Shown piece by piece: positions 1 to 11,970 of a DNA stretch of 64,000 nucleotides. Origin of the DNA: Vicugna vicugna (Eukaryota); NCBI GenBank assembly GCA_013265495.1, contig MU058781.1, forward strand, positions 4,713,050-4,777,049. Direction: 5' to 3'. A program made the position numbers and the translations under genes. A model generated the notes under the pieces. It did no database searches. It worked only from the letters and a program-made list of their open reading frames with translations, and had not been told where the DNA came from. Numbering within the stretch: position 1 is the stretch's first letter; each line of letters opens with the position of its first letter.

Positions 1-759
1 TCTGGACAGGGAATGCAAAGAACTGACCAGGATTCCCCACACTGCTGAGTTTCCAAGGGTCTGCCACATCCCAGCCACTTCCTAGAGTTTCTTCATACAA
101 CTCAGTATGCTCGATACCGTGGTACCCTGCAGTGCTGGCCACAGCTGGTTGGACCACGTGGGCATCTGATTCAAAGGCAACTGTTTAGCAGCCAGTAGTG
201 TGGTCAGCAGCCAGCGACGTGAGCTGCACGACAGGGGTCTCTATGCTAGCCTGTGATTGACTGGTCCAAACACATCCTTCCATCTAGAAAACTGAACATG
301 AAATGTAGAGAGGACCAGTGGGCACAAAGGAAACAGATACAAACAACACAGAGACAAGGCAGTGAGCAGAACCGCTGAGGCAGGAGAAGCCACGAGCAAG
401 CAGAGTACTTACTACTCATCTCTGGTCCCTACTGAACCTTGAATTGGGAATTTTAACACCTTGGTCTTAGTACTCCTCTCTGGTCCAACTCCCAGCATTA
501 TTGTGGGCAACGTCAAGGTCCATGTGGACGGATACCCAAGGGCTTCAGGTCTTAGAGTTTTCCAAATCCAGTGACTTTCTCTTTAAGTCCCTTCCTTCCT
601 CCAGCAGAGCCTTAATACTTCCTACATCTAGGAATCCCAGAATCCCAGAATTCTAAAGCTGAAATAGACCTTATAAGAGGTCACCCCTCTCAAAAAACAC
701 TTAACTGGCTTCCTTCTGTTAGGATCTTTCAGACTGAATGACCATCAAAAGCCATGTAA

Positions 760-1200
760 GTATATACTTGTGCAGCCAGCAGTCCCACCTCTAGCCATCT
801 ATCCCACGGGAAAGAGTCGGACAAGCACACAAAAATGATATGACAGGATATTCATGGCAGCGTGCTTCAAAATAGCAAAAGTTTGAAAACCACTTATATG
901 TGTAACAATAAGAGACTGGTTATGTAATTGTTTCTACAGCCATTCAGTGGGACTCCGGTGACGGAAAAGTGGAATAAGGATTATAAACCTTTTAACATAG
1001 AAACATGTTCTCCAATTATCACTGGGTCACAAAATGGGGTGTTACGTTCTGATTTCACTTATTGGAAAATGTATCTTAGATATGTTTACATCAACAGAAA
1101 AAAACATGAAAGGAGTTTATAAAACTTCTAAGCGGCAGGGATGTAAGTGACAACTTTGCTTCTCCTTTGTTTCCTAAATTTCTTCGCTGAAGATACGTTT
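760..1200 (+). mobile_element. Old, degraded L1 3' fragment (L1M-type)
   Basis: Degenerate L1 3'-region motifs such as 'cagcagtcccacctctag', 'ggatattcatggcagcgtgcttcaaaatagcaaaagtttgaaaaccac' and 'cagccatt'. Boundaries approximate. Confidence 0.6.
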
Positions 1201-1424
1201 CTTACAAAATAAAAATCCTACCTAAGGCCCAGATCAGGTGACATCCCTCCTATAAACTCTGCTGAGAGACATCCGTCCACAAATGTCACGCGGGTGCGTC
1301 TACATCTGTCTCCACACGAAGCACACGCTCACACTCGCGTCGCCGTGCTCTTGCTGTGTGACCGACGAGAGCCTGGAGAGCACAGCTGCCTTTCCCTCTC
1401 CAGCGCCAGACGCGTGTCTCACAC

Positions 1425-1860
1425 ATCGTGGTGGGTTCTACGTCTCTGCTCCAGAATCTGCGCATGCCACCTTATTTGGGAAAACAGTCTTTGCACACGT
1501 GGTTAAGGATATTGATAAGAGATCGTCCTGGTTTATCTGGGTGGGCCCTCAATCCAACAGCAAATGTCCTTATGAGAGACAGGAGAGAAGACAACCCAGG
1601 CACAAAGGAAAAGGCCACGTGAAGATGGAGACAGACCCTGGACATAGGAAGCCACTGCCCAGGGACTCCCAGAGCCGCCACCAGGAGCCCCAGAGGAGGC
1701 AAGGAAGGATCTCCCCAGAGACTTGGGAGGGAGCAGGGCCCCACCAACACTTTGATTTTGGACTTTTGCCCCCCCCCAGAACTGTGAGAATATAGTTCTA
1801 TTATTCTAAGCCACCAAGTGTTTGGGAACGTGTCACAGCACACAGAGGAAGCAAAAACAC
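1425..1860 (+). mobile_element. MaLR LTR, MLT1B/C-like
   Basis: Typical MLT1 blocks 'ccttatttgggaaaacagtctttgca', 'gggtgggccctcaatccaa', 'ggccacgtgaagatggag' and 'ccagaactgtgagaata...taagccaccaag'. Confidence 0.85.
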
Positions 1861-4800
1861 ACAGTAGGCATTTTGTCAATATCTGTGGCAGGAAAACAGA
1901 ATTATTTGAAGGGCTATGTCCTCGGTTCTAACAGCTTTGATTCAGAAAGAAAGAATATCTCATTAAAATACTTTTCTAAACCCTAGTTTCTTATGGTCAA
2001 ATCTGAATTCCTCCTCCCACGGTGTACTGTAAGGCAATCAGAACAGCGAAGTGTTACTTGGTGATCCCTGAGCCTTGATTGGAAATGTGGAAATGAAAGT
2101 AACTGACTACCCCTTACAACGTCTTCCTGGAGGCCCAGGGCTCCCCCACACTTTAGCAAATGCTAAGCTCCTTATTTTACTGGAGTGTGACTTCAGGATT
2201 CCCAGCTTTGCACCAACTTCACCGAACACTGACAGCGAGAGCTTTAAAGGGACGAAGACAGAGTCGAGAGGCTGAAAAATTTGACCTACTTTTCTCTTCC
2301 GTCTGTTCTCAAAAATCCATGTCATTTTCTTCCAGTGATTCAACTCCGTTCTTTAATCCACACTTGCACTTCCTTCACACAGAGGGTATAATTTGGCCTC
2401 ATGTGTTTGCTTTCTGTTTTGCTTTTGAATCAAATGCTCCAGTGCTTTGATACCTCCCAGTGAAGAGGAGAAGAAAATGTGTTTTTCTTCGGGCTTAAAA
2501 AAAAAAGTGCTGAACACTCAAGGGATTGTCATGTTAAACATGGTGTAAGGAACGGTGAGTGGGGTGGGGCTGGGCCAGAGAGAAGGGACTTTGAAAACTC
2601 CTACATTGCTTGTAGGACAGTGTCTGCTCTGGATGACATGTCTTTAAGGTCGCTTCTCATCCATGTAGTGTACAACCGTGTATGGTTCCAAATATAAGGA
2701 TGCTCAGATGCCAGCGCAGAGAAGGAATGAACAGGATGAACCCACACGTACGTGAATGCAGGGCCGCTGTGACAAGATCACAGAGAAGGATGTGCCCACG
2801 CCGCTCCACTTCCCCGCATCCCACTCCCTGCCCATCTGTTTGATATGGGCTCCTCTCTGACCCAGAGATGCTCTGTGACTTCAGGCTAGACCGGAGTCCT
2901 TCCCCCTCCTCCTCCATCCCAAGGCAACCTTCAGTCTCCCATCCCTCTGAACCTGCATGGTGAGGGGGCTGCTCTGCAGGGAGCCTGGGCCAGGTTTTGA
3001 AGAAGGGGCTGCAGGAAGGCTCTGTTGCTGCGCTTGAGCTGTCCACTGAGTTTGTTAAACTGGAGAGCGGGTCCCTTTCTGACTCACAGGTAAAGTGAAG
3101 CCTTGGCCTTCTCACCTCAGAGAGCAAGCAGAAGGGCCTAGAAAAAAAGGGAAGGCTTTGACGGTTGCACCAACCAGAAATGAAGGAAGGCCTACAGCCT
3201 GGGGAGGAGACACGCGGGTAGGCAGCCTGCTCAAGGGACTGGAGACCAAGCCCACGACCATATTGGACCAGGATGATAATGGCAGCTCATGGTATGGATT
3301 ACTCCTCTAAGGCATAAATTGCATTTTAATGGTGGCTTTCAATGCCTGAAAAGAAGATAAACTGACATGGGAACGTTGGCCAGTGGCCAGTGTGGGAAAT
3401 ATCCTGTAACAGAAAGGCTTTAAAAGTGCTCCTTTAAAAATCACATCGAAATGTCACTCTTACTCCCTGTGCCCTCAAGAGTTTAATGAACAGATGGCTC
3501 TGAAAAGTATTTCTCAGAATAATGGGAAAATTGGAATGCACTTCCCAACTCGACTCCCTCAAAAGGACAGTGGTGTCACAGGACCACTGTCAGTATCACA
3601 AACCAGCCGGAGTCACTTAAAACGATGGTCTACGATAAACTGACTTGATCAAATGGTGTAATTGATCAGGGAAAGGGAAGAATGACCGAGTCCAACAAGA
3701 GCCCAACTTTTGTCCAGACGTGGGGAAGCCAGCTGACAAATTGGAAAGACTAGAATTAGGCCTCCCCTGGTGCGGCAGGAAGCCTAGTTCTGGTGACATC
3801 TGGCATCTGGGAAGGCCGGCAGGTGCCCTGCAGAATGAGGGACTTTCCTCAGTCTGTGGAGAACTGGTCTTTTCTGTGGACTGATCAGGACCAAAAATAT
3901 TTCAGGAGAAAGCAGCCTGGTAGACTGCACACCCCAGCATCCTGAGTCCCTGCCAACCATCCATGGGCTATAGGTCCCTGCCCTTGACTCTCAGCAGGGT
4001 CTGAGTGGTAACGGGACACGGTCCAATATTTTCTTCCAGGGGAACATAATCACAAAATACATGGCATATCCCTGACCCACACCTCAGATCTCAGCACAAA
4101 TCCAAGTTAAATGCCCTTTTCTGATGTTTGAAATAGAGTTCTGTGTAGCCCCCATCAAACAAATTCTCACCTTTCTTTTAGGCTGCCGTGGAGTTGACAC
4201 CAGCTGTGTATGTCCCCATGTGGGCCTAGGAGCAGGCCAGTCCTTGGAGGGATTGTCGGGGAGGGGAGAATGGAGCAGACACATGGAGGTCAGAGACCAA
4301 GGGCAGAGGAGAGCTATGACAGTGGGTCCCTGGTTCTGGCACTCCTGGTGGCTGATCCCAATCCTGCCACAAGGTACCCCAGGATCATCACCATAAATTC
4401 CCACTCTGGCTAATGGTAGGTTTCCACTACTTGCTGCCCAAGGTGACCTATGGCTGTGTCCCCACCTGGACGGTGAGCCCTGTGGATATAGGGGCCGTGT
4501 CTGCCAAGTTCACACTTCTGTGCTGAACAAAGGCATGTACAATAAAGACCAAACATCTGAAAATCCTCAAAAGACATGGAAAACAGGAGGTTTGTTGGAA
4601 AAAGTCTTGGACTGGGAGTCAAAGCCCTGTGTAATCATTTTATTTTTACCCCTGCGTAGTTGTGAGCATAGATAATTTACTGAACTTCTCTGGGTCTCTA
4701 TTTGGTCCTAGAAAGACCAGACCAGAACATAAAGCAGAACATTAAGTGGTCGGCACACATTAGAAAGACACTTTTATTATCTCCCCTGTGTTCCTCATAG

Positions 4801-5309
4801 TTTGTAAATGTTTTATCTGAAACAAACTGCATAAGCTAATTCATTTTTCCATAAGATAGCCAGTGTTACCACACCTGGCAGATATCATTCTAGTAAAACA
4901 AAAGCAAACAAATAAACCATCCCCTTCCCATTTCAGTTATGCTGTGCCCTCTTAGCCCAGATCTGTGACACACAGTTTCTGTTTGATTTCCTGAAAGACT
5001 GAAAAGAGCTTGAAGACTCCCATCACTAACCTCAGGGACGCCAGCCCTCTGGGTGTTCCAGGTGGAAACCATTTCACCTGATGACTGATAAACTCGAAAA
5101 TTCAATGATTCTGATAACTTAACAGATGCCTGCAAGTTAGTACAAACAGAAAACCCGAAGGAAGCAGGCTGGACACCTACAGGAAAGTTAAAAAGAAAAG
5201 CAGGGCGCTCGCAGTTCTCAGCAGTTTGAGAACTGAATGCTCCTTCCAAAGACATTGCCAATGGCGTGCTGCGAACATTTGCAGGCCAGTAAACTAGTCC
5301 TCTATCTAA

Positions 5310-5530
5310 TGACTGACTAATCACATTTATTGAGTGTCTCCTATGTGCATACTAAGTAGTTTTCATCTTTGGTCTCCATTACCCTCCCCCCTATCTGCCA
5401 GTCTTATCTGGTAGGCACTAACACTTTATCCCCCCCCCATTTTCCAGATGAGGGAACTGAGGCACTAAGGATAAGAGCTGGGATGAGACCCAGGCTATCT
5501 GACTCCATCCTGAGCTTCCTGCTACGCTGC
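5310..5530 (-). mobile_element. MIR SINE
   Basis: Contains 'catttattgagtg', 'cccattttccagatgagggaactgaggcac' and 'agagctgggatgagacccaggctatctgactcca'. Confidence 0.8.
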
Positions 5531-5585
5531 TTCTCACCATCCCTGTTGGTTGTTGGATGATACAGTCTGAAACCTTCAGTAGCAT

Positions 5586-6030
5586 CTGGATTAGTTTCCC
5601 AGGGTTATTGTGACAAATTACCACAAACTTGAAATGTACTCTCTCACAGTTCAGGAGGCTAGAAGTTCAAAGTCAAAGTATCTGCAGAGTTGGTTCCTTC
5701 TGGAGGGTCTGACAGAGAATCCTGGTCTACTTCTGCTCTAACTTCTGGTGGCTGCCAGCAGTCCTGGCATCCCTGGCTTGCAGCTGCGGCACCCCAATCT
5801 CCGTCTTCACATCCCTTTCTCCCATATGCGACTCTGGGTCTCCTTTTCTGCCTCTTGTAAGGACCCCTGTTATTGGATTTAGGACCCACCCAATCCAGGA
5901 TGATCTCATCGTGGGATCCTTGCCTCAGGTGCATCTGCAAAGACCGTTTCTCCAAATAAGGTCACATTCGCAGGTACCCTGGTTTGGGACTTGGTCATAT
6001 CTTTTAGGGGACAAGCACTACAGCATCCAA
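5586..6030 (-). mobile_element. MaLR LTR, MLT1B/C-like
   Basis: Reverse-orientation MLT1 blocks 'ctctcacagttcaggaggctagaagttcaaagtcaa', 'taaggacccctgttattggatttaggacccacc' and 'tccaaataaggtcacattc'. Confidence 0.85.
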
Positions 6031-6224
6031 CAACCTGCAGCTCAACCTTTTCATGAGCCTTATTGTCACACAATCTCATGGCTCTTTAGTGGAGGATGGT
6101 ACCAACTCCTATGCCCTAAAACATAGACCATATAAGCTTTATCAGTCCAATTACTTAGATATGACCAATTAAAAAAAGAAAAAAATACAGACACAGAGAG
6201 AATATTAAGAGATGATAGAAGACA

Positions 6225-6610
6225 TAGAAGCATTTATTCAATTAACAATTGCTGAGAACTTCTGTGGGTCAAACACTGTGCCAGATGACAGCCCCTCCCC
6301 CAAAAAGACATGCACCTTCCTTGGGGAGCCTGTGGTTCAACTTGGCGGGACAAGGACTCAAGGGCAGTTGCAGTGCAATGAAAGAAATGTCATTAAGTGC
6401 ACGGAAAGGCTTGTGGGGTCACAGAGAAAGGAGCAGTTAGCATCCCCAGGACAGGGAGAGACTGCCACAGAGCAGGTGACCCTGGAGTCACATCCTGAAA
6501 GATGAGTGGGTGTGTGCCCAGGCGGGAAGCAGCCCAGGAAGGGCATTTCAGGCAAAGGACAGAGTGGGAGCCAAGCTGCAGACGCTGGAAGAGACTGACA
6601 AGCTCAGCAC
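6225..6610 (-). mobile_element. L2 fragment
   Basis: Starts with 'catttattcaattaacaattgctgag...cactgtgccag' and continues with L2-like 'gagcaggtgaccctggag...cctgaaagatgagt...gggcatttcaggcaaagg'. Confidence 0.6.
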
Positions 6611-7114
6611 ACAACCAGCAGTTCATTACCAGGCCCCAGAACCATCCCGTCAGCCTCAGCTCCAAAACTTCCAGTGACTTTCCATCACTTAAGACAAACA
6701 CCCAAATCCTCTGTTGTAGAATCCTGGCCCTCGGTAACCCAGCTCACATCACTTCTTCCCAACAGAAGTGCTCGCAGTAGCCCTCCTGTCCCCAGAATGT
6801 CCTTGTATGGAGTGACCACTCCTGCCCAGAGGCTCCCAGGCTCCTGCGGGATCTGCCACATGAGGGATGCTCCCAAGTCCCGGCAGTCAACAAAATTCTA
6901 ACCATTCTGGGAGAACCGCTGCCTACCAGCTTTAATTATCAACATCTAAAGGGAATCTTTCAGGCTCAAAAAAATTGGCCTTCTCTTATGGAGCTGCATC
7001 CAGAGGGTGGTGACATAGCACCACTGTCAACCCCAGCCAGCCAAAGAGTATGTTTGCCTTTGAGATGAACTCTAAGGAGGAAATGGAGTGGCGATGGTCC
7101 AGAGGGGCTAAGGG

Positions 7115-7385
7115 TCTGTCATTCTTTATCCACAATTCTCAAATCCAAGATGCTCACCAAACCACGAGTTAATTCCTAACTCCCTGGGTATCCAGGGCTG
7201 ACCTGGACCGATGTGAGACTATTAACAGTCTGCCTCTTTCAGAGTGCAGTCCGTGCCTTTGGCTGCAGAATTAATAAGATGCTTGATTACACAATGCTTC
7301 AGGAGTCTCCATGAGGGGTGTTAGGTAATATTCTGTGTCCTGAAACGCATCTGGCCCCAAGGATTTTGGACGTGGCACTGTGGGC
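7115..7385. mobile_element. TcMar-Tigger-like DNA transposon remnant
   Basis: Ends resemble Tigger/MER46-type termini: 'ttatccacaattctcaaatccaa' and 'catctggccccaaggattttgga'. Family assignment tentative. Confidence 0.45.
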
Positions 7386-7850
7386 CTGTGGTGGCTAAGA
7401 CCCTGCCACAGATGTTTTTAATGACTGCGTTCCCCGGGGCTGTGTTTATTCTTGGTTTGAGCTCGCTTGAGGGGCGCTCTTTGTCGGGGGCAGGTAAAAG
7501 AGCCAGCCCCGGGCAAGTGAAGCAGGCAAAGTCAGCTGGAGACGAGAGCCGAGAGCCAGTGCAGAGCCTAACTCTACCCCTTCCTTGGGGCTCAGGTGTA
7601 TCAACATGGTCTCCCAGAAGCCATGCATCAGCAAGGGGTCCTGACCAATGAAACCTGAGTTACACTGAAGCCAGGATGTAGAAGGACTTGGAATCTCCAC
7701 CTCCTGGCCCTGTCTCACACCCACCTCCAGGTATCCTGGGTCTACAGATACTCACAGCTTCCTGAGAACTGCTGCAATGCTCTGAAGGTCAGCCGCCTGG
7801 GAAGAATCACCAGACATCAGCAGTCCACGTCTCCATCCAGTGCCCCTCTT

Positions 7851-7886
7851 TACACACACGCGCGTGCGCGCGCGCACACTCACACG
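7851..7886. repeat. Alternating purine-pyrimidine (CA/CG) microsatellite
   Basis: Sequence tacacacacgcgcgtgcgcgcgcgcacactcacacg. Confidence 0.9.
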
Positions 7887-9529
7887 AAGAACAGCATGTT
7901 TTTAACATAGGCATATGGACCTTTGTCCCAATTCTTGGACCCACCAGATTCGTGAATTGGAACCATCTAACTCATTCTCACCTTCATCATTTAAATGGTT
8001 ATAATCATGAGAACTGCCCCTACCTATTCTTTTCAAGGTGCAATAACAGGATAGATAAGATAAGCAGTAAAATGATACACAAATATCATCATTGTTGATA
8101 TTATTATTTTTCAGGTTAGAATATTATTTATGCTGGAACACATGCATTAAGGCAGGACTTCTCAAAGCTATCATCAGGGGCGCTAATGTTCCAAAGACGT
8201 TCTGCTATTAAAATTGAACAATGACAGTCTTTCTCACTCTACAGGAAAAAAAAAAAAAAACTCAATTAATGACAGCGTTTTCTCAATACTAAATTTACCA
8301 TCAATTAGGTTTTTCTTAAACATTGGGGTCCAATTTTACTTGTCTCAACAGTCACATGTGTCAGATGAGACTCATGTGCTTAACGAATGACTTGTGCTTG
8401 AAGAATTTCTCTTTTGTGCCGTTTCACAAAGAGCATCTCTCCAGGCATGTGGCTGAATGCTGAGGACACACATACAAATGGGGCAGTGTCCTGTATTCTA
8501 GAGGCTGCATGGTGGGGGAAAGTTGGTGTGAGGGCAGGTGGATGAACAAGCAATTGCAATAAAATAAAAATAAAATCAGAGACACTGGGATACCTGTGTG
8601 TAAAGATCTTACCTGGGCACAAAGGAGGGAATGTTGTCCACTTCTAGGGGAGAGAGGGTAGATTCAGGAGACGATTCACAGGAAAAAATGATACCCAGGC
8701 TAAGACTTAGGAAACAGTGAGCAGGAAATATTCCCCTATTTCCCCACTTTGTGGGTCCGCTATACTGAGGCTAGTTCTTGGACTTACCAAATGATGTTTT
8801 CTTTAACAAGATTTGAACTCTGGATTTTGCGTTAAAATTCAAATTTTTTTCTTAGTAAAACTCTCATGACTGAAGAGCCCAGCAGTCTGAGTTACAGCCA
8901 GACTGGAACAGAGAGCGGCTGGGGAGAGATTAATTAAGGCCGTGGGTTTGGAAGGACAAATGAACCTGACATACCAACATGACAAATGCGTGTGAGTCCA
9001 ACACTAATTAGCAATAAAAAAAATACTTATCTTCTAAATACACAAAGCACATATTTTCAGTGACAACTCATTCCACACTTAATCCCCACGTAAACATGGA
9101 GGTCAAAGAATGCCTGGGTCAGATCAAGGCTTTCGTTCCCGGGACCCACACGGGCCTTACTAACTAGCCCACAAGCGAGGGGAAGCAGTCCGTATTAGCC
9201 CATTTGGGGGAAATGCTCATTTGCAAACGGGCAGAGGAACCCCAAGGACCACCTCGCCACTCATAAAGCCGTCTGTAAATGCGCAAAGACTTCAAAGGCA
9301 ACTTCGCATTGACATACTTACTCCTCTGCGTTTCTACCCTTTCAGTTTGAGGCAGGATGACTTGTTTAACTCTCTTCCTGAAGACCAAAGAGTTTGTGTT
9401 CAGTCTGGATTGAACTAAACAGTCCTGATTCCAGGGAAAGAGCTGAAAGAGCCCCAACTCTGAGTCTTCTAGACCAGTCAGCTAGTTAATTAACTATTCA
9501 GGCATCCCTGATGTGTTTTGAACACTGTT

Positions 9530-9852
9530 AGGCACCATGTGCTGGGTCTTCCTCAGAGAGAATGTCCCTTATCACCTTATCAAAAGTAACAACCCCACCC
9601 CGCCCCCACACACACATATTCTTTGCCCTTCCCCTGCCTTATTTTCCTACAGCATGTTTATCATTTTCTAACTTTGTAGTTTAAATGGATTTGTTATTTC
9701 TATCTTCTCCACTACTAGGAAAGCTTCATGCGATGGAGACTTTGAGAGTTATGTTTAATTCTGTAAACCTAGGGCATAGAATAATGCCTGGTACATGGCA
9801 GGCACTCAGTGAACACCAGTACAACAAATGAATGAATGAAGCTGAATGAATA
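9530..9852 (+). mobile_element. L2 3' end
   Basis: Contains 'aagcttcatgcgatggagactttg', 'cctagggcatagaataatgcctggtacatggcaggcactcag' and the (TGAA)n tail 'aatgaatgaatgaa'. Confidence 0.8.
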
Positions 9853-10339
9853 ACTCAAGAACAAAACAGCCATGGGTCCTCTGGGACCGGTCTCTCTGTC
9901 TGCAGGCTGCTTAAGATGATTCTGGGACAGTCCTCTGACTATTGAGGACCAAGTCTCCCCAATGGGGGTCTTCCAAAGAAAGCGTTTCAGGGAGAAGCAC
10001 CACCCCTCACCATGTGGGGAGGTCCTAGCCAGTGGCTAGAGCTTCAGATAAACATAAGAAAAATGAAATCAAGTTTGAGGCTGTCCGAGAGGCTTAGAAG
10101 AGAACGCCCCACCAACGGGGAGGAGGGAGGAGGCAGGAGGCTTTGGGGGTGCAGATGACTCAGCAAGCCTTGTCAGGACACGATTTTTAACTTTCCACCC
10201 ATGGCCACGTTGGGTTGGCTAGAGAGCGCTTGCTGAATTCCAACGAACTGTGCCTACAACTTGATGGCTGTTCTATTTCTCCCCATTCTCTTCTCACTGC
10301 CTTCTTCCTAGGCCATCACGTGCATTGTTTCTGGGAAAT

Positions 10340-10880
10340 CTGTGAGGAACAGTTGATCAATGTAGGCAAACGCTTATTCCTGTAAGCTACTGCAGTCGAC
10401 CTTCATGGGCTACTTTCCCAGCATCATTTCTCCTTCCCTTCCCTATATAGGTCCTGGCTCTGGGTTGGCCATTGAGGATCAAGTCCAGAGGTGAAGTATA
10501 CAATGCAGGGTAAGAGAACCAGCCCCTTCCATCCCCCTGGCCACACCAATTGGTTTAGGCCAACGAGCTTCAAGGAAACATTGCTGGGGATTTGTGAGAA
10601 GGAAGCTTCCTAGTTCTTTCAGTGACACCCGTGGTCCACAGATGAGGAGAGGGAAGCATGTAGTCCAACCATCTTGTGACCCCGAGGTGAGCTAACCTTG
10701 AGATGCAGCAATACCACAAAAGACAGATAGGACAGAATGAAGTAATCAGGATCTTTGGTGACGTTACAGAGCTAAAGGAAGCTTGCTTAGCTCTGGCCAT
10801 TTCAGTAGATGCAAATCAGTATATTCCGTTTATTATTCTAGTCAGCTTGAGCTGTTGTTGAAACTGAGAACTACCGAACT
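10340..10880 (+). mobile_element. Old MaLR LTR (MLT1K/L-like)
   Basis: Blocks 'ccccctggccacaccaattggtttagg', 'cagccatcttg'-like 'caaccatcttgtgacc' and a terminal 'ctagtcagcttgagctg'. Confidence 0.55.
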
Positions 10881-11374
10881 CACACACAAGTTCTGATTCC
10901 TTTTCCCAAAGTAAGGTCAATTGGGGGAGTTTGTCCTGAAAAGTGAACTCAGGGGAAGATAAATGTTTCATTTCCCCAGCTTTTATTATGGATAAACTAT
11001 TTGATTTTATGATTTGTTTGGAATGAAATCCCGTACACTTGCATATTTTGGACTCAGAAAGAGATCTGGAACTTTGAAACTGAAATAACCCACTCATAAA
11101 CTGACAATCAAATATGTTATGCCAGAATATTCTTCAACATTAACTGAGACTTATAAAATATCCTTTGAAAAATGGCTATCTAGAGAAGTTAAACATGTCT
11201 CGGATTTAGAACAGCATTTATTCACCATCTTTTCTTATACTGGTTGAAATGTTTCTAATTGATTTAGACGTGTGGAATGTTTGAGATGGCGTGAACATGG
11301 TACAGCGGTTAAGAACAAGGCTAATTTGCCCAAGATTAATCTCAGGCAAGTTTGTTAACCTCATTTTAGTAGAT

Positions 11375-11970
11375 ATTGTTGGTGGCCCACCCAACATTCA
11401 TGTCCCTCCTTCCTCTTTCCTGGTGGAACCTTGATTTTTCTCTGCCAAGCACACAGCCAGTGTGACTCAGGGGAAGTGTGACTCAGGGGAAGCCAGTGTA
11501 ACTTACTTCTCTAGCTCTGGATGTGGGTCTTGATGTATCTAAACTAACCACATCGTTCTATTCTCCTCTTCAGTTTATGATACATGATACAGATCAGGCC
11601 AACAAAAAATACAAGGGGATTTGCCCAGAGTTTCTAGGACAGTTCTTCTAAGAGAATTTCCAGAAGCAATTCCCTCCCTGAAGCTTAACATAAAGAAGCA
11701 AGCTGGGAAGCCTGAGTGCTGCTGACAGCCAGCCCTCAACCACAAGAAGACCCAGCCTTAGCATAAAGTCCACACTGCTGATGGCAGGGCAGAGAGATGG
11801 AAAGAACTTGGGCCCCTGAAGTCATTCTTCTAGATAAAAGATCACCCAGCTCTACAGTCCATTCTGCCTTTGGACTTCCTGTAAGCTCTGTGAGCCAAGA
11901 AATGTCCTTACTGTTTAAACCACCTTGATTTGGGTTTCCATTACTTACACGCAAAAGCATCCTCACTGTT
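11375..11970 (+). mobile_element. Old MaLR LTR (MLT1J/K-like), interrupting a MIR
   Basis: Terminal 'tctggacttcctg...tgtgagccaa...gtttaaaccaccttgatttgggtttccattacttacacgcaaaagcatcct'. MIR halves lie at ~11295-11370 and ~11975-12090. Confidence 0.7.

Noticed and set aside
1283..1795. 170-aa ORF
   Set aside because: It mostly translates an MLT1 LTR.
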